Shown one piece after another: positions 39,531-51,900 of a DNA stretch of 64,000 bases. The notes beneath the pieces were generated by a model. The model made no database searches. It was not told where the DNA came from and saw nothing but the letters and a program-made list of their open reading frames with translations. Origin of the DNA: Azolla caroliniana (lineage: Eukaryota; Plantae; Polypodiophyta); the NCBI GenBank assembly GCA_043228905.1, contig JBHGNT010000022.1, positions 4,712,001 through 4,776,000 on the forward strand, written 5' to 3'. The stretch's first letter is position 1; each line of letters starts with the position of its first letter. The position numbers and the translations under genes are program-made.

Positions 39531-39562
39531 GACATATTACCTGTTTCAAATGACCCGGTGTT
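39531..39562 (-). repeat. Right terminal inverted repeat
   Basis: GACATATTACCTGTTTCAAATGACCCGGTGTT followed by TSD CTCC. Confidence 0.97.
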
Positions 39563-39566
39563 CTCC

Positions 39567-40305
39567 GCAACTATGGATACATATGGTATTTCATAGTTCT
39601 CTCCTAGAACCCTATAAGGACAACACTATCCTAGATCGTATTACACCACCTTCACCCCCAATCGAACTTGAAGATGGACTTGAGTATGAGGTTGCTGCCA
39701 TCCTCGACTCCAAGATTGTTTGCAACAAGCTTGATTATTTGGTCGATTGGCACGGATATAGTCCAAGCGACCGTACTTGGGAACCAGTGACGACTTTTGC
39801 GAATGCTCGAGCTCTTCTTCATGACTTCCATTGTCAATATCCAGACAAACCAGGTCCTCAATCAAAGACGACTCTTAACACATGTCGTTTAAAAGGGGGA
39901 ATAGTGTCATGATATTGCATGGTATGGCTCCAAAAGAATTGAACCCATGTTACTTTTTGCCTTGATCTACCTCCACAACTATGGATACATCTGGTGTTTC
40001 ATAGTTCTCTCCTAGAACCCTATCAGGACAACACTATCCTAGATCTTATTACACCACCTCCACCCCTGATTGAACTTGAAGATAGACCTAAGTACGAGGT
40101 TGCTGCCATCCTCGACTCCAAGATTTTTCGCATCAAGTTCTACTAATTGGTCGATTGGCTAGGATATAGTCCAAGCGAACGTACTTGGGAACTAGTGACA
40201 AATTTGGCGAATGGTCGAGCTCTTCTTGAAGACTTCCATTGTCAATATCCGAACAAACCAGGTCCTCAATCAAAGACGACTCATACCATGATATGGCTCC
40301 AAAAG
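39567..40305 (+). other. Tandemly duplicated chromodomain-coding end of the chromovirus integrase
   Basis: EYEVAAILDSK...YLVDWHGYSPSDRTWEP at about 39680-39790 and a second copy at about 40090-40195; the duplicated unit restarts at about 39948. Confidence 0.9.
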
Positions 40306-40679
40306 GGTTTACCATTAAACCATGCATTGTAATACGAATAATATTATTTTCATTTATTATTTCACCATAGGAAATTCATGTATATTCCTGATTACTCTGG
40401 AACATTCTAGAAACTTCACAATTACTCCTGAGAGTACAATAAATAGAGGCACATGGCACTATTCAGAACCAATTCAGTTCAACGCCAGTCTTAAGCCTCC
40501 TAGCTACTCTTGTATCTTTTCTTCTGATAATATACCACTTGTTATCATCATTCTTATCTCTCTCTCTCTCTCTCTCTCCTTCTTTCTTGAGTCTCCACAC
40601 ACTTTTCCCCTTCTTAGTACTAATCCTCATCCTTCCTTTCTATCTTTAGTACTAATTGTCCCTGTCTCTTGTACTATCT

Positions 40680-41745
40680 GTGAAAGGAACATGAGCAAAG
40701 GCCTACTAGATGTAATTCATTCTAACATATGGGGACTGGCAGAGACAACCACATTCGGCGGATGCCGATATTATGTCACGTTCATCGATGACTTCTCTAG
40801 GCACACTTGGACCTTCTTTATGCGACAGAAGAGCGAAGTGTTCGGACACTTCGAAATATTTAAGAAAGCTACTGGTCATAATACTTCTCCCATGCATTCA
40901 CAACATACCTTCGAGAAGAAGGAATCAAGCGAGAATTTCGTGACAACATACACCACAACAGACCAGAGTAGCTGAACGGAAGAATCGACACATCCTTGAA
41001 GTAGCGTAGGCCATGCTTAACAAAAAGCACATACAAAAGAAACAAATACTGTTGTCTACCTCATGAACCCATGCGTCAACCCCTCTGCTCAGAAGGTTCA
41101 TGTAAGTCGGGATGTCGTCTTTGACGAATCGGCATCATGGTACGAACCTGAGCCGACTGCTCCCAAACCATTTCCAATCAACCCGAACATGGCCAACTAG
41201 CAGATAGATGACGAAGATCGACTTTAACGCATATGTTCGAAGAAAGTCCGGTTACGACTAGGCTGAGTGGGCCAAAAGAGGCCTCGAGCGACCAGAGCAC
41301 ATCTCGGACAAGTCCAAAGGTGGACAAAGGCAAGGCCAAAATGTCAGATTATGAAGACGATCAATTCAACGGCAACAAATCGACTCACTCACTCGATAGT
41401 GAGTTCGGTGGCTTCGATGTACCTATCATGATAACACCTGGTGTAAAGAAAGCCATTGCCACAACAATTGAGAAACTCGGTCGCTCCACCCGAGAAAAGA
41501 ATATGGTTAGCCAATTTGGCTACAATGACTATATGGCATATCACTCAGGCCTTTATGATGGTGGTAGCAGTTCGAGAACTGGAAAAAGTTTTTCGAGGCA
41601 GCCAAGGATCCATGATGGGTTCAAGAAATGAACGAGGAGATGAAGGCACTATGCAAAAATGAGACATGGGATTGCGTTCCCCAGTCACCACACAAAAGGG
41701 TGATCAGTTGTAGGTAGATTTACAAAGTGAAGTATAATGTTGCAT
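40680..41745 (+). pseudogene. Ty1/Copia integrase fragment to start of RT
   Basis: LLDVIHSNIWG...YYVTFIDDFSRHTW, GVAERKNRHI, VSRDVVFDE, NETWD. Confidence 0.85.
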
Positions 41746-41793
41746 GTCCCTCTTTTCTTTTGAGGCAATGGCGGTTTGGGCTTCAACCTCATC

Positions 41794-41931
41794 TTTGAGG
41801 GACTGGGTCTCGGCGGTGTTGTCTGTTGGTTACGTTCCAACTCCGCGATGCGTTCGTTGACCTTTTGAGGGACTGGGTCTCGGCGGTGTTGTCTGTTGGT
41901 TACGTTCCAACTCCGCGATGCGTTCGTTGAC
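41794..41931. repeat. Perfect 68-bp direct duplication
   Basis: 41794-41861 equals 41864-41931 (TTTGAGGGACTGGGTCTCGGCGG...CGTTCGTTGAC). Confidence 0.93.
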
Positions 41932-42311
41932 TTAGGTCTATTTAACCATTTTCCAGACATTTTTGTTTCTAATCGCCATATCCTTGGCGCCAAGACTGAC
42001 CTTAGCCAGTTTCCTATGAGCCTCGACGAGGGCTATGTTTAATGGGGGTAGTTCAATTCCCATTCGGCATATCCAGACGTTCCACTGTCTGCCCACTCTG
42101 GCTAGCGGCCCTTCATCATCGCTTTCCGTAGTTTGGGTTAGTTTGGATACTTCAGGACCTCGCTTTCCGCCATAAATATGCATTTCCCCCGCTATGACTG
42201 GGCCAAAATGATCGATCGTGGTTCCCAGATTATTTCGAAGGTGGTGTTGTGCTCCGTAGCTACGGAGCTGTCGACCACAACAGTCATCTCTGTTCGCGAG
42301 TGTGTCTTTAA

Positions 42312-43268
42312 CTAATCCGCGCCCATATTTCTTGTCCAGCCTCCACCATTTCGGCCTCGGGCTTTCCTGACGTTGCTCGGCTTCCTACTCCTACGGGGCT
42401 TCGCCCTACGCTCTGGCCATTCTTCTTGTGTTGTCCGCATGCTGGGCTGGGCCGATTGGGGTTCATCCTCCCATTCCGTGGTGGCCAACTCCTCTAACCT
42501 CCGTTTCACGGAACGTGCCGGCGGCGTGGGTTTGTTGGGCAATGGTGCGAGTAGACCTCGGGGTGGGAATAGTATCGTCAGATATTGTTGTATGATTGGC
42601 CTTAGCTTTTTGCCACCTTGATACGCGTGTAGACCTTCCCGTAACGTTGGTCCCGTAATGACCCCTGAATCAACCGCGCACCCTTCGAAAGTATCAATGA
42701 TGATGCCTGCCTTTTGCTTTGGCATCCCATAGGCATTTACACGCACACATCCAACTTCTAACATGAACTTGGCTATTTCGCGAAAAAAGGGATCGGGGAT
42801 TTCCTTCGTCCTATATGGCTTGGTGGACGCCGAATATGCCCCGAAATATCTCTGCAAGGTTTCCGCAGGAGGAATGTCGAAATGTCTTTCTCCGAGCGAT
42901 GATAGGTCAAGCTTCTTCCGGATGGAGGAGTTGGTGACTGTGTCTATATTGAGTTTCCTGGCGATGTCTAGGGCTTCAAGATGAGCAGGTGCCTCGACAA
43001 CTTTGATGTATCCATCTAGGCGCTTTTCGACGAGCCATCTACGCAAGGCGGAAAAAATAGGGATCGACATTGTTGGAGGGTGAGACTCGTGGATAATGGG
43101 TGAGGTATGGTGGCTATGGAGAACATGAGCTCTGTGGTATGACAAAGAGGAAGGTGAGTGAGGGGAGCGATCAGAGCGATGAGAGTTAGAAGGTTGGTTT
43201 CTGTTCTGTGCCGAAAACCTTCTATTTTCTTCTTTTTGTGGCCTAGGGTTCATTGGTCTGTGAGCCAT
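42312..43268 (-). CDS. Extra ORF (ORF3) located 3' of pol in the Athila/Tat-like family; function unknown
   Basis: MAHRPMNPRPQKE...LRRWLVEK.LDGYI also occurs at 54926-55201 just downstream of pol; a homologous core (YFG.YS..SK.YRT...FREIA) is at 63003-63983. Confidence 0.7.
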   Translation of the reverse strand: MAHRPMNPRPQKEENRRFSAQNRNQPSNSHRSDRSPHSPSSLSYHRAHVLHSHHTSPIIHESHPPTMSIPIFSALRRWLVEKRLDGYIKVVEAPAHLEALDIARKLNIDTVTNSSIRKKLDLSSLGERHFDIPPAETLQRYFGAYSASTKPYRTKEIPDPFFREIAKFMLEVGCVRVNAYGMPKQKAGIIIDTFEGCAVDSGVITGPTLREGLHAYQGGKKLRPIIQQYLTILFPPRGLLAPLPNKPTPPARSVKRRLEELATTEWEDEPQSAQPSMRTTQEEWPERRAKPRRSRKPSNVRKARGRNGGGWTRNMGAD

Positions 43269-43288
43269 CGTGGTGCTGCGTGTTCTTG

Positions 43289-43733
43289 TGTTGTCTGCCG
43301 GAAAAGTAACTGACGGACAGGAGCGCTGAAATATACAATATAGTAAAAACATAATGCATGTAACAGGTCACGTGGGAAGCATGAACGGCTAAAAGACCCT
43401 ATGTATATAAAGCGCAGAAATCCTCTGTAAGAGGGAGCATGTAATTTTGGTACACAGAGCGTATCTTAATAGAGTTTTATTATCTCTAATCCTCTATGAA
43501 TATCTGTGGTTAATCTACTGCGTGTCTATGATTCTTGGTGGTGTATTGTAATCGTAAGAAGCGTAGGTCTGAGTACGAGTGTTGTTACTAGTGCACTGTC
43601 TAGGGAGTTCAGTTGTAGCTATCTCTCTTATATGCTACTAGGATATGGTACGACTGTACCATTCGTGGAAACGCAGCCACCTTGAGGTCTAGGTCGAAGG
43701 ACTGACTAAAGACCGTGTTCCTAATCGGTAACA
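43289..43733 (+). repeat. LTR of the Athila/Tat-like family (5' LTR, plus orientation)
   Basis: TGTTGTC...CGGTAACA; reverse-complement similarity to 48068-48490 and 60322-60790; followed by PBS-like TGGCACGCTTGGTG (tRNA-Arg-like) at 43738-43751. Confidence 0.9.
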
Positions 43734-46700
43734 CTTTTGGCACGCTTGGTGATCTATGTCTTCTTACAGACGAACAACAACGAATGGATGTTTAGCCGCA
43801 GACGTCCCAGAGAACCAACACAACAAGACCGACCAATCACAAGGTCCATCACACGCTAGGCAGAGGAATGCGCACGGCAAAAACCTCGCCTTAGTGACCT
43901 CAATGATACCTGTCGGGACCACAAAGACAATTTCCCGCTCACCAACTACCCCAGCGACAGGCAGGAAGTTCACTCATCACACAAGCATTGTGGTCTTTCC
44001 CTGCTCGCCGTAGCGTCCAGCATGGCCTTCTCTTCTCCCCGCTTCAACGGCGAAACCGACGCCGCAACCCACATTCACCTGTTCCTAAATGTCTGGAATG
44101 CAAATCACATGGTGTAGAGCCTTCCCGAAGAAGTCGCGCACCAATCCAAAATGACAGAGTTCGGATTAACTCTAGGAGCGGTGTTTTGGCATTTGCAAAT
44201 GGATCTACTAGCAATCAAGACCTTCGACCAGCTGCAGTCGGCCTTTCTGCATTTCTTTCATCGGAAGGTGCCGCAACGCGAAATCCTCGGGCAGTTTTAT
44301 ACAATTAAATAGTTGTCGGCTGAGACTGTAGCGGATTTTAGTCTACGCTTCCCAAATCTATGATGGAAATTAGAACGGGGGCCGATGGAGGACGAGGCTC
44401 TGGAGACATTCCTAGTAGCTCTACGACGACCGATACGGATGACGCCCAACAATAATAGCGTGAAAGGAGAAATGGCCGACATGGTCATAGAACGAGCGCT
44501 ACAGCTCAAGCTGGACGAAGAAGAGGAAATGTTTTACATGTCCTCATTACAGCAAGCATTACCTCAGGACGAGGGACGACACTTTCGCCAGACAATCTAG
44601 TGCACGATTTGCTTGAATTTTGTGCATTCCGTAGTCGAATGAAACATGTGAATCCATTGCCCAATCTGTCACTCGAAAGCACACACATTGAGCAGTGTGA
44701 GTACAATATGTTGAACATATCCACGCCCACAATACGAAGCGTGGAAACACAGCGCCCCCCTTGCCGTAATGAGCAAAGGCGCCAAGAAGAACGACCCCGG
44801 TATATGGATCAGAACCCACGTGATGACCAGCACTACCGGAATCGCCGAAAAACAACGATTCCAACAAAGACGACACGGAGGATGAAGACTACCGTGGCAA
44901 CCACAGAAATACTAAAGGGGGTCGACATTACGAGAATTACCGTCCGACGAACAAACGTGGAGGCTTCAATGGGCCTCATGGAAAACATCGTTAGTATCGG
45001 GACCAACGGTGGTACAACAAAAGTTCGGACGATGACCGGCAGTAGGAACCATGCCGGGACCAACAACAACCATCGTGTACACTTCGAAGAACGAACCAGG
45101 ACCGGGAGGAGAAAGTCATACCTAGGGATCGACACACACCACCAATTGCTGAGAAAGGCAAATCTAGCATCCATTGTTTTGTTTGCCAACAACCCAGGCA
45201 TTATGCCACGCAATGGTCATTACGCAAGGGCAAGGGGCCCGCTGTCAATACGATTCCTCTCCATCGCAAAAGAGTTACTACTGGATCAGAGAGAGGCGAT
45301 GATAGCACTGCTCAGGAAGTATAAAGATGTGTTCGCTTGGTCCCACGAGGACATGAAGGGATTAGATCTGAAGTTCTATCAACATAAGATCAATTTAGCA
45401 ACCGATGCGAAACCAGTCCAGCAGCATCGATACCGCATGAATCCAAATTACATTTGACCAGTCAAGCAAGCTACATGGCTAAGACCGATAGTAGTTGTAC
45501 CAAAGAAAAATGGCAAAATACGTGTGTGCGTAGACTATCGGAAATTGAATGTCATAACCATTATAGATGCATTCCCTTTACCTTTCACCGACAACGTATT
45601 GGATGTAGTCGCAGGGCACTCCGACGACCAAGAGAAGATGACGTTTGTCTCGGACTGGGGAGTCTATGTCACGGTTGTCATGATGTTCGGGCAAAAGACG
45701 GCGCCGGCTACATTTAAGCGGACAATCACTGAGATTTTTGGGGAATATATACCTACCTTCATGTAGGTCTTTTTAGACGATTTTGCGGCATATGGGATAG
45801 TAGCCGAACATTTTATGCATCTACAACTTTGCTTGAAGCGTTGCCAAGCTTCACGCTTAAGCCTAAATCCCGCCAAATGCGCCTTCGGTGTCACCAGCAG
45901 GGCCCTCCTCGGCCACCTCGTCAATAAGGAGGGGATAACGGTCAATCCAAACAAAATCTCCGCGATTACTCATGCAAAGACCCCGAAAAATTCCAAAGCA
46001 CTTAGACGGTTTCTGGGACAAATACGATGGCATAGTCAGATGATACGCTATTTGGCGGATTTCGCCACACCATTACATGCCGCCGTCCACCGTACCCCTT
46101 TCGAATGGACAGCAATGGAAGAAAATGCGTATGATGCGCTAAAAATAATGCTAACGCAAGCACCGGTCGTACAACCACCAGATTGGGCAAAACCATTTCA
46201 TGTGTTTGTGGATGCTTCGGATATAGCAATAGGTAGTGCATTGATGCAACTCACGGAGCCGAATTGGTATCGACCAGTGTACTACGCCAATCGAAAATTA
46301 TCAACGGTTGAGCGTAACTATTCTACAACGGAACATGAAGCATTGGGTATGATATACAACATCAATAAATACTGGCATTATCTGCTAGGGCGAAAATTCA
46401 TGTTTCACGTGGATCATACGACATTGCTATATCTGGTGGGGAAACAAGCACTGATAGGAAAATTGGCCAGATGGATGTTGTTGCTCCAAGAATTCGACTT
46501 TGTAAATCAGCACCGATTCGGTATGCAAACGCTGTGGCAGATTTCTTGAGCAGAATAGATAATGGAGACATGGTGCACAAAGATGACGACGAGTTTCCGA
46601 ATGCGGACATCTTGCGTACAACAACTTTAGCAACAAGAACAAAAAAGAATTTTCCGGATCTGTGGTTGATGGAAATGACCTACTTTCTGACCACGGGGTT

Positions 46701-48067
46701 ACCACCACCACAATTAAGGACGGACGAGAAAAAACGGTTGGCCATCCAGAGTCGTAATTTCTATTTAGTCGAAGACGTCCTATATCACAAAGGCGGTGAC
46801 GATATCTAGAGACACGGAATTTGGCAAGATAAGAAGGCAACGGTTTTACGCGAAGCTCACTGTGGTACAACGGGAGGACATTACACGGGCGATGTTACGG
46901 CCCGGAAAATCTGCTAAGTAGGACTTTGGTGGCCGACTACGCAAAAGGATGTGTATGAATATTGCAAACAGTGTGATTTATGCCAACAGATGGGTCAGCC
47001 CACGGAAGTCGCGAGAATGCCACATCAACCGGTGTTGCCATTGGATCTTTTCCAAAAGTGGGGGTTGGATTTTGTGGGACCCTTTACTCTGGCGGCTGCC
47101 CGAACCGGCAATAACTATATCCTGGTGGCTATAGATTACTACACCAAGTGGGTAGAAGCGAAACCACTAAGCGAAAATACCGTGGTAGTCACGGCGAAAT
47201 TCCTTTACGAACATATCTGGTGTCGTTTTGGCTACCCTATTGAGCTCATTACTGACCAAGGGAGTCAATTTCTAAATACGGTCATCAGCGAACTGACCCA
47301 ACACTACGCCGTGGTCCACAAAAAGAGTACGCCATATTACCCATAGGCAAATGGCTTGGCCGAATCCACTAACAAAACATTACAAACTATCCTAAAAAAG
47401 ATAGTCAATGAGAATAGAACATATTGGGATACCAAATTGCACAACGCATTATGGGCATATCGAACCAGCTATAAGACCAGCATACAATCCACGCCTTTCA
47501 AGCTAGCATTTGGGCTAAAGGCCCTAATGCTAGTCAAATTCCAGGTACCCAGTCTACGGATTCAAGTACTAGACCGGCTACCAGAGGACAAATCCGAACA
47601 AATACGGCTACAACAACTGCTTGAACTAGGCGAAACCCAGGTACATAGTATGACCATATTGGAACAAGAACATTAGCGGCGCAAAGCATTCGTGGACCGA
47701 CATCGGCATGCGCGTGAAAAGGACTTTACGGTTGGGAAGGCGGTATTAGTTTTTCAAACACGCATGGGGCAAATGCCAGGAAAATTAAAATTCTGCTGGA
47801 CAAGCCCGTACTGGATAGTTGGAGCGGAAAACGACACATTTCAACTTGGCACCTTGGCCGAAGAGGTGCTCCGACAAAAAGCGAATGGGTTTCGTTTAAA
47901 ACCCTACCTAGGGCCTACGCCACCTAACCTGTTCCCCGCCGAACAGGACAAAGCCGGCGAATCCGTGGAGTAAGTATAGGGCCCTACTTGTACTATAGTG
48001 TAAAAGTAATATTGTATCTAACTGTTATTAAAAGGACTTGATGCATGCACAAACTTCTAGAGCAAGA
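43734..48067 (+). mobile_element. Athila/Tat-like Gypsy gag-pol with the protease region deleted, decayed
   Basis: Gag PRFNGETDA and zinc knuckles; DVFAWSHEDMKG; VCVDYRKLN; FLDDF; RNase H FVDASD; integrase WGLDFVGP, ITDQGSQF, ALWAYRT. About 1 kb is missing near 45250 relative to the copy at 57770-58830. Confidence 0.92.
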
Positions 48068-48490
48068 TGTTATCGATTAGGAACACGGTCTTCAGTCAAT
48101 CCTTCGACCTAGACCTCAAGGTGATTGCGTTGCCACGAATGGTACAGTGGTACCATATCCTAGTAGCGTATAAGAGAGATGGCTACAACCGAACTCCCTC
48201 GATAGTGCACTAGTAACAACACTGGTACTCACGCCTACACTTCTTACGATTACAATACGCCACCAAGAATCACAGACACACAGTAGATTAACCACAGATA
48301 TGCATAGAGGATTAGAGAAGATAAAACTCTACTAAGATACGCTCCCTCTTACAGAGGATTTCGGCCCTTTATATACACAGGGTCTTTTAGCCATTCACGC
48401 TTCCCGCGTGCACCGTTACATGCGTTATGTTTTTACTATATTCTATATTTCTACGCTCCTGTCCGTCGGTTACTATTCTGGCGGACAACA
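48068..48490 (-). repeat. LTR of the same family in inverted orientation
   Basis: Reverse complement of 43289-43733, preceded by CAAGA (reverse complement of the TCTTG that precedes 43289). Confidence 0.9.
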
Positions 48491-48907
48491 CCCGGCACGC
48501 CTGTGGGACAGTGCCATGGCATGTTGGACCCATGACTTTAATCTTCCTCCAAAATGGCCCGGATGTTTGGTTCTGCTCCGGTGTCTGGGTACGAGGATGG
48601 TGTAGTGTCCGTAGGCGCGTTGTTGCGTGGTTCCGTTACTTGCCTAGTAGGGCTTCCCATGGTGTTGTTGGCTTCTTGTGTGGGCAGTCTGGGCTCTGCT
48701 GGCTCCTCTTGTGCTATTGTGGCTAGTTCAGCCTTCGTCGGGCTCGCGGTAGGTTGAGGTTTTGTCTCGTCCGTAACTTCCTCCGTGGTGTCGGCCGTAG
48801 TCGTACACTCCAGTGAATGGGGTTGGGGTTCCTCTTGATCGGCGGTTTCGCTTTTTGGTATCGCGAGGGGCTCCGCTTGCCGTTCCGTGCTGTCCAAAAT
48901 CTTCTAG

Positions 48908-51900
48908 TGACAGGAATACACGCTCCCTAAGCACAACGCTCGGCCACAACCGAGTCTAGGATCAAACACAGAAAACGAGTAAGGTACGCACGACACAGTC
49001 AAGAGAAGAGTACACAGTATGTTTATGTGGAAAAACCCAAACTAGGGAAAAACCACGGCATCCCACAGATTGCAAACTATCACTATATCACAATGTACAA
49101 TAGTAAAGCACCGACGCAACAACATCGAGCTTGCTATCTTCGCCACAGGCGGCTGTTACAATAGAGGCAACGACCTCTTCCTCTCTCTCTCTCTCTCTCT
49201 CTATACACAATTACGCACACAAATCTTGCACCAACAAGAATGACAACCACTAACACTAAGTTTGCCCTAAGTCATATTTATACTAAGATAACTTTTCGGC
49301 TATTTACAAATATAGCCCCGATGGACTCTCAGAAAACATATTTACGAATATGTCCCTTCATCCGGTGAGCGCTTCTCACCGGGCTTCGCCATCCGGCTCT
49401 TGCCGGGTACTCGTCATCCGGTTCTCACCGGGTCTTCCGTTGCCGGGTACTCGTCATCAGGTTCTCACCGGGTCTTCCGTTGCCGAGTACTCGTCATTCG
49501 GTTCTCACCGGGTCTTCCGTTGCCGAGTACTCCACATCCGGTTTCGGCCTCGGCCGAGTTTGCTCATGAACACTGTTCTTCTCACTTCCCATCTGGAGGG
49601 ACCTGTTTCCTAACAAACTCCCCCTTCACTCCGGCATGGGATGTCTTACAAGTCCGATCCTCTTCTGACATGCATCCAGCTTGTCAGGTATCAGTACTTT
49701 GGTCAGCATATCTGACCTGTTCTCGGACGTGTGGATCTTCATCAGTGCGACCTCTAGATCTTCTGCTCGCTCCCGGATCCAGTGATACCTACGTTGGATG
49801 TGCTTTGTCTTGGAGTGGTACGCAGCGTTCTTAGCAAGGTGGATGGCACTTTGACAGTCGCAATAGAGCCGGTATTCATCTTGCCGGATACCGAGCTCTC
49901 CGATGAAGTCCTTCATCCATAGTATTTCCTTGCCGGCTTCCACAGCCGCCAAGTACTCCGCTTCCGTGGTTGACAACGCAACCGTCTTCTGCAGCCTCAA
50001 CTACCACGAAACAACTCCCCCTGCATATGTCATTACATACCTGGATGTAGACCGGCTGGTATCCACATCAACCGACATATCCGAATCGGTAAAACCGTCA
50101 AGTTGAGGTTTACCAGAGCCGAATCGGAGAGACATATTCGAAGTGCCCTTCAAGTATCGGAGTATCCATTTGACCGCGTTCCAGTGCTCCTTGCCGGGAT
50201 TGCTCATAAACCGGCTCACCACTCCGACTGTGTATCCTATATCCGGTCGGGTACACACCATTGCGTACATTAAGCTCCCGACGGTAGAGGCATATGGAAC
50301 CTTCATCATATCAGCCTTCTCTGCTTTCATATTCGGGCTTTGCTTACCGGATAATGTGCAGTTTGCCGGAAGTGTCGATCCGACCGGTTTCGCTTCTAAC
50401 ATGTTGAACCGCTGAAGCACAGAAGGAGTGTCAAGAAGTCGCCTCCTTCGAACTTCTTCACAAACACACAGTGATCGGCTTGCGTCTTGTGGTACGCTTG
50501 ATCGGTCATGAAGGAGTCGAACTTCCGGTACCATTGTCGGGGATCTTGCTTCAATCCATACATGCTCTTCTTCAACCGACAAACCAGGTGCTCCTTCCAT
50601 TTCTCCATGAATCCTTCTAGTTGCTGCATGTAGATCTTCTCTTCGAGGTCACTGTGAAGGAATGTCGTCTTCACGTCCAGCTGCACTACCTCGAGGTCCA
50701 TGCTTGCCGCTATGCCTAATACCGTCCAGATGGATGTCATCTTTACTACCAGGGCAAATATCTCGTCGAAGTCCACTCCTTTCTTCTGCTGGAACCCCTT
50801 CACCACAATCCTGGCTTTGTATCTCGGGGGTTGCCGGCATCTCCCGATTTCAACTTGTACACCCACTTATTTCTGAGTGCCCGCTTTCCTTTCGGTAACT
50901 CCACCAATTTGTACGTATGGTTCTCATGCAGGGAATCCATCTCATCCTGCATGGCAGTTAACCATTTGCGGTTGTGGGTGTCATCCTTCGCTTCTTCGAA
51001 GCTTTCCGGCTCTCCCTCATCGGTTAGCAGCACATGCTCTGCATCCGGAAATGTCTGGGGGGGCCTTTTCTCTCTGAGAGGGTATCTCCGTCTTTGGCTT
51101 TCGGCAACCGGTTCCACTATTTGTGTTCTTCATCCGAATCCGATTCGAGGTCTTGGCCGGTTCCGATTTCAGCTTCCTCTACTTCTTCTTTTGCTGGTTC
51201 GGTATTCTCACCGTAACCGGCTGGTTCCTCAAGTGTCAACCGGCTCTTAGCCGGGTGTGTCCGAATCTCATCGGAGTTCATTATCTTCTTCTCCGACTCC
51301 CAATCGGCAAGAGTCTTGTTCTCCATGAAGATAATATCTCGACTCCAGAAAGCCTTCTTGTCAACCAGATCCCACACTCGGTAGCCGAACTCATCATCGC
51401 CGTATCCAAGGAATATGCATGGCCGGGTCTTTGGATCCAACTTTCCTCTCCGGTCCTTAGCAACATGCACGTACACGAGACACCCGAACACCTTCATATG
51501 CCGGTAGGACACTTCCTTACCGGTCCACACATTCTGCGGTGTGTCTTCATCCAAGGATACTGAGGGTGATCAGTTTATCACATACGTCGTTGTCAACAAC
51601 GCCTTAGCCCAAAACGTCTTGGGTAATTTTGCATGCGCCAGCATACTCCGGACCCTTTCCATGATGGCCCAGTTCATCCTCTCAGCCAACCCGTTTAGTT
51701 CCCGCGTCCTCGGCACGGTAAATTCGAGCCGGATTCCCTTCGAGCGACAGTACTCCTCGAACTACCCCCGGTATTCACCTCTGTTATCTGCTCGAACCGC
51801 CTTTAGCTTCCGGCCGGTTTCTCATTCCACTCTAGCGTGGAGCTCTTTGAAGACGGATAGTACCTGATCTTTCGTCTTCAACGGTGTGGCCCACAGCTTC

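Larger units (their letters stand above)
32575..39562 (+). mobile_element. TIR DNA transposon (Sola-like/DUF7869-type), 6,988 bp, carrying a DNA amino-methyltransferase gene
   Basis: Perfect 32-bp TIRs; 4-bp TSD CTCC at 32571-32574 and 39563-39566; splits host codons D-L-P-P-Q-L-W; an uninterrupted copy of the target site is at about 39963-39985. Confidence 0.95.
24078..40660 (+). mobile_element. Chromovirus-type Ty3/Gypsy element, 5'-truncated and decayed; host of a Copia and of the DNA transposon
   Basis: Gag TLLSGTTLAWF; LPHHRPYDCSIEL; RT IYLDDLLIYS and KLEKC; RNase H EIHDKELLA and SDHKNL; integrase ISDRGPQF and YHPQTDGQ; C-terminal chromodomain; PPT AAAAGGGGGAATAG then TGTCATGA at 39905. 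The reading frame resumes across both insertions. Confidence 0.9.

Noticed and set aside
32575-39562. CACTA/EnSpm assignment or bacterial contamination
   Set aside because: Ends are AACACC rather than CACTA/G, the TSD is 4 bp, the MTase has spliceosomal introns, and the element is cleanly inserted in a plant retroelement.
43289-48490. DIRS-like element with inverted terminal repeats
   Set aside because: It encodes a DDE integrase rather than a tyrosine recombinase, the repeats are ordinary TG...CA LTRs, and the inverted TSD explains the orientation as a rearrangement.
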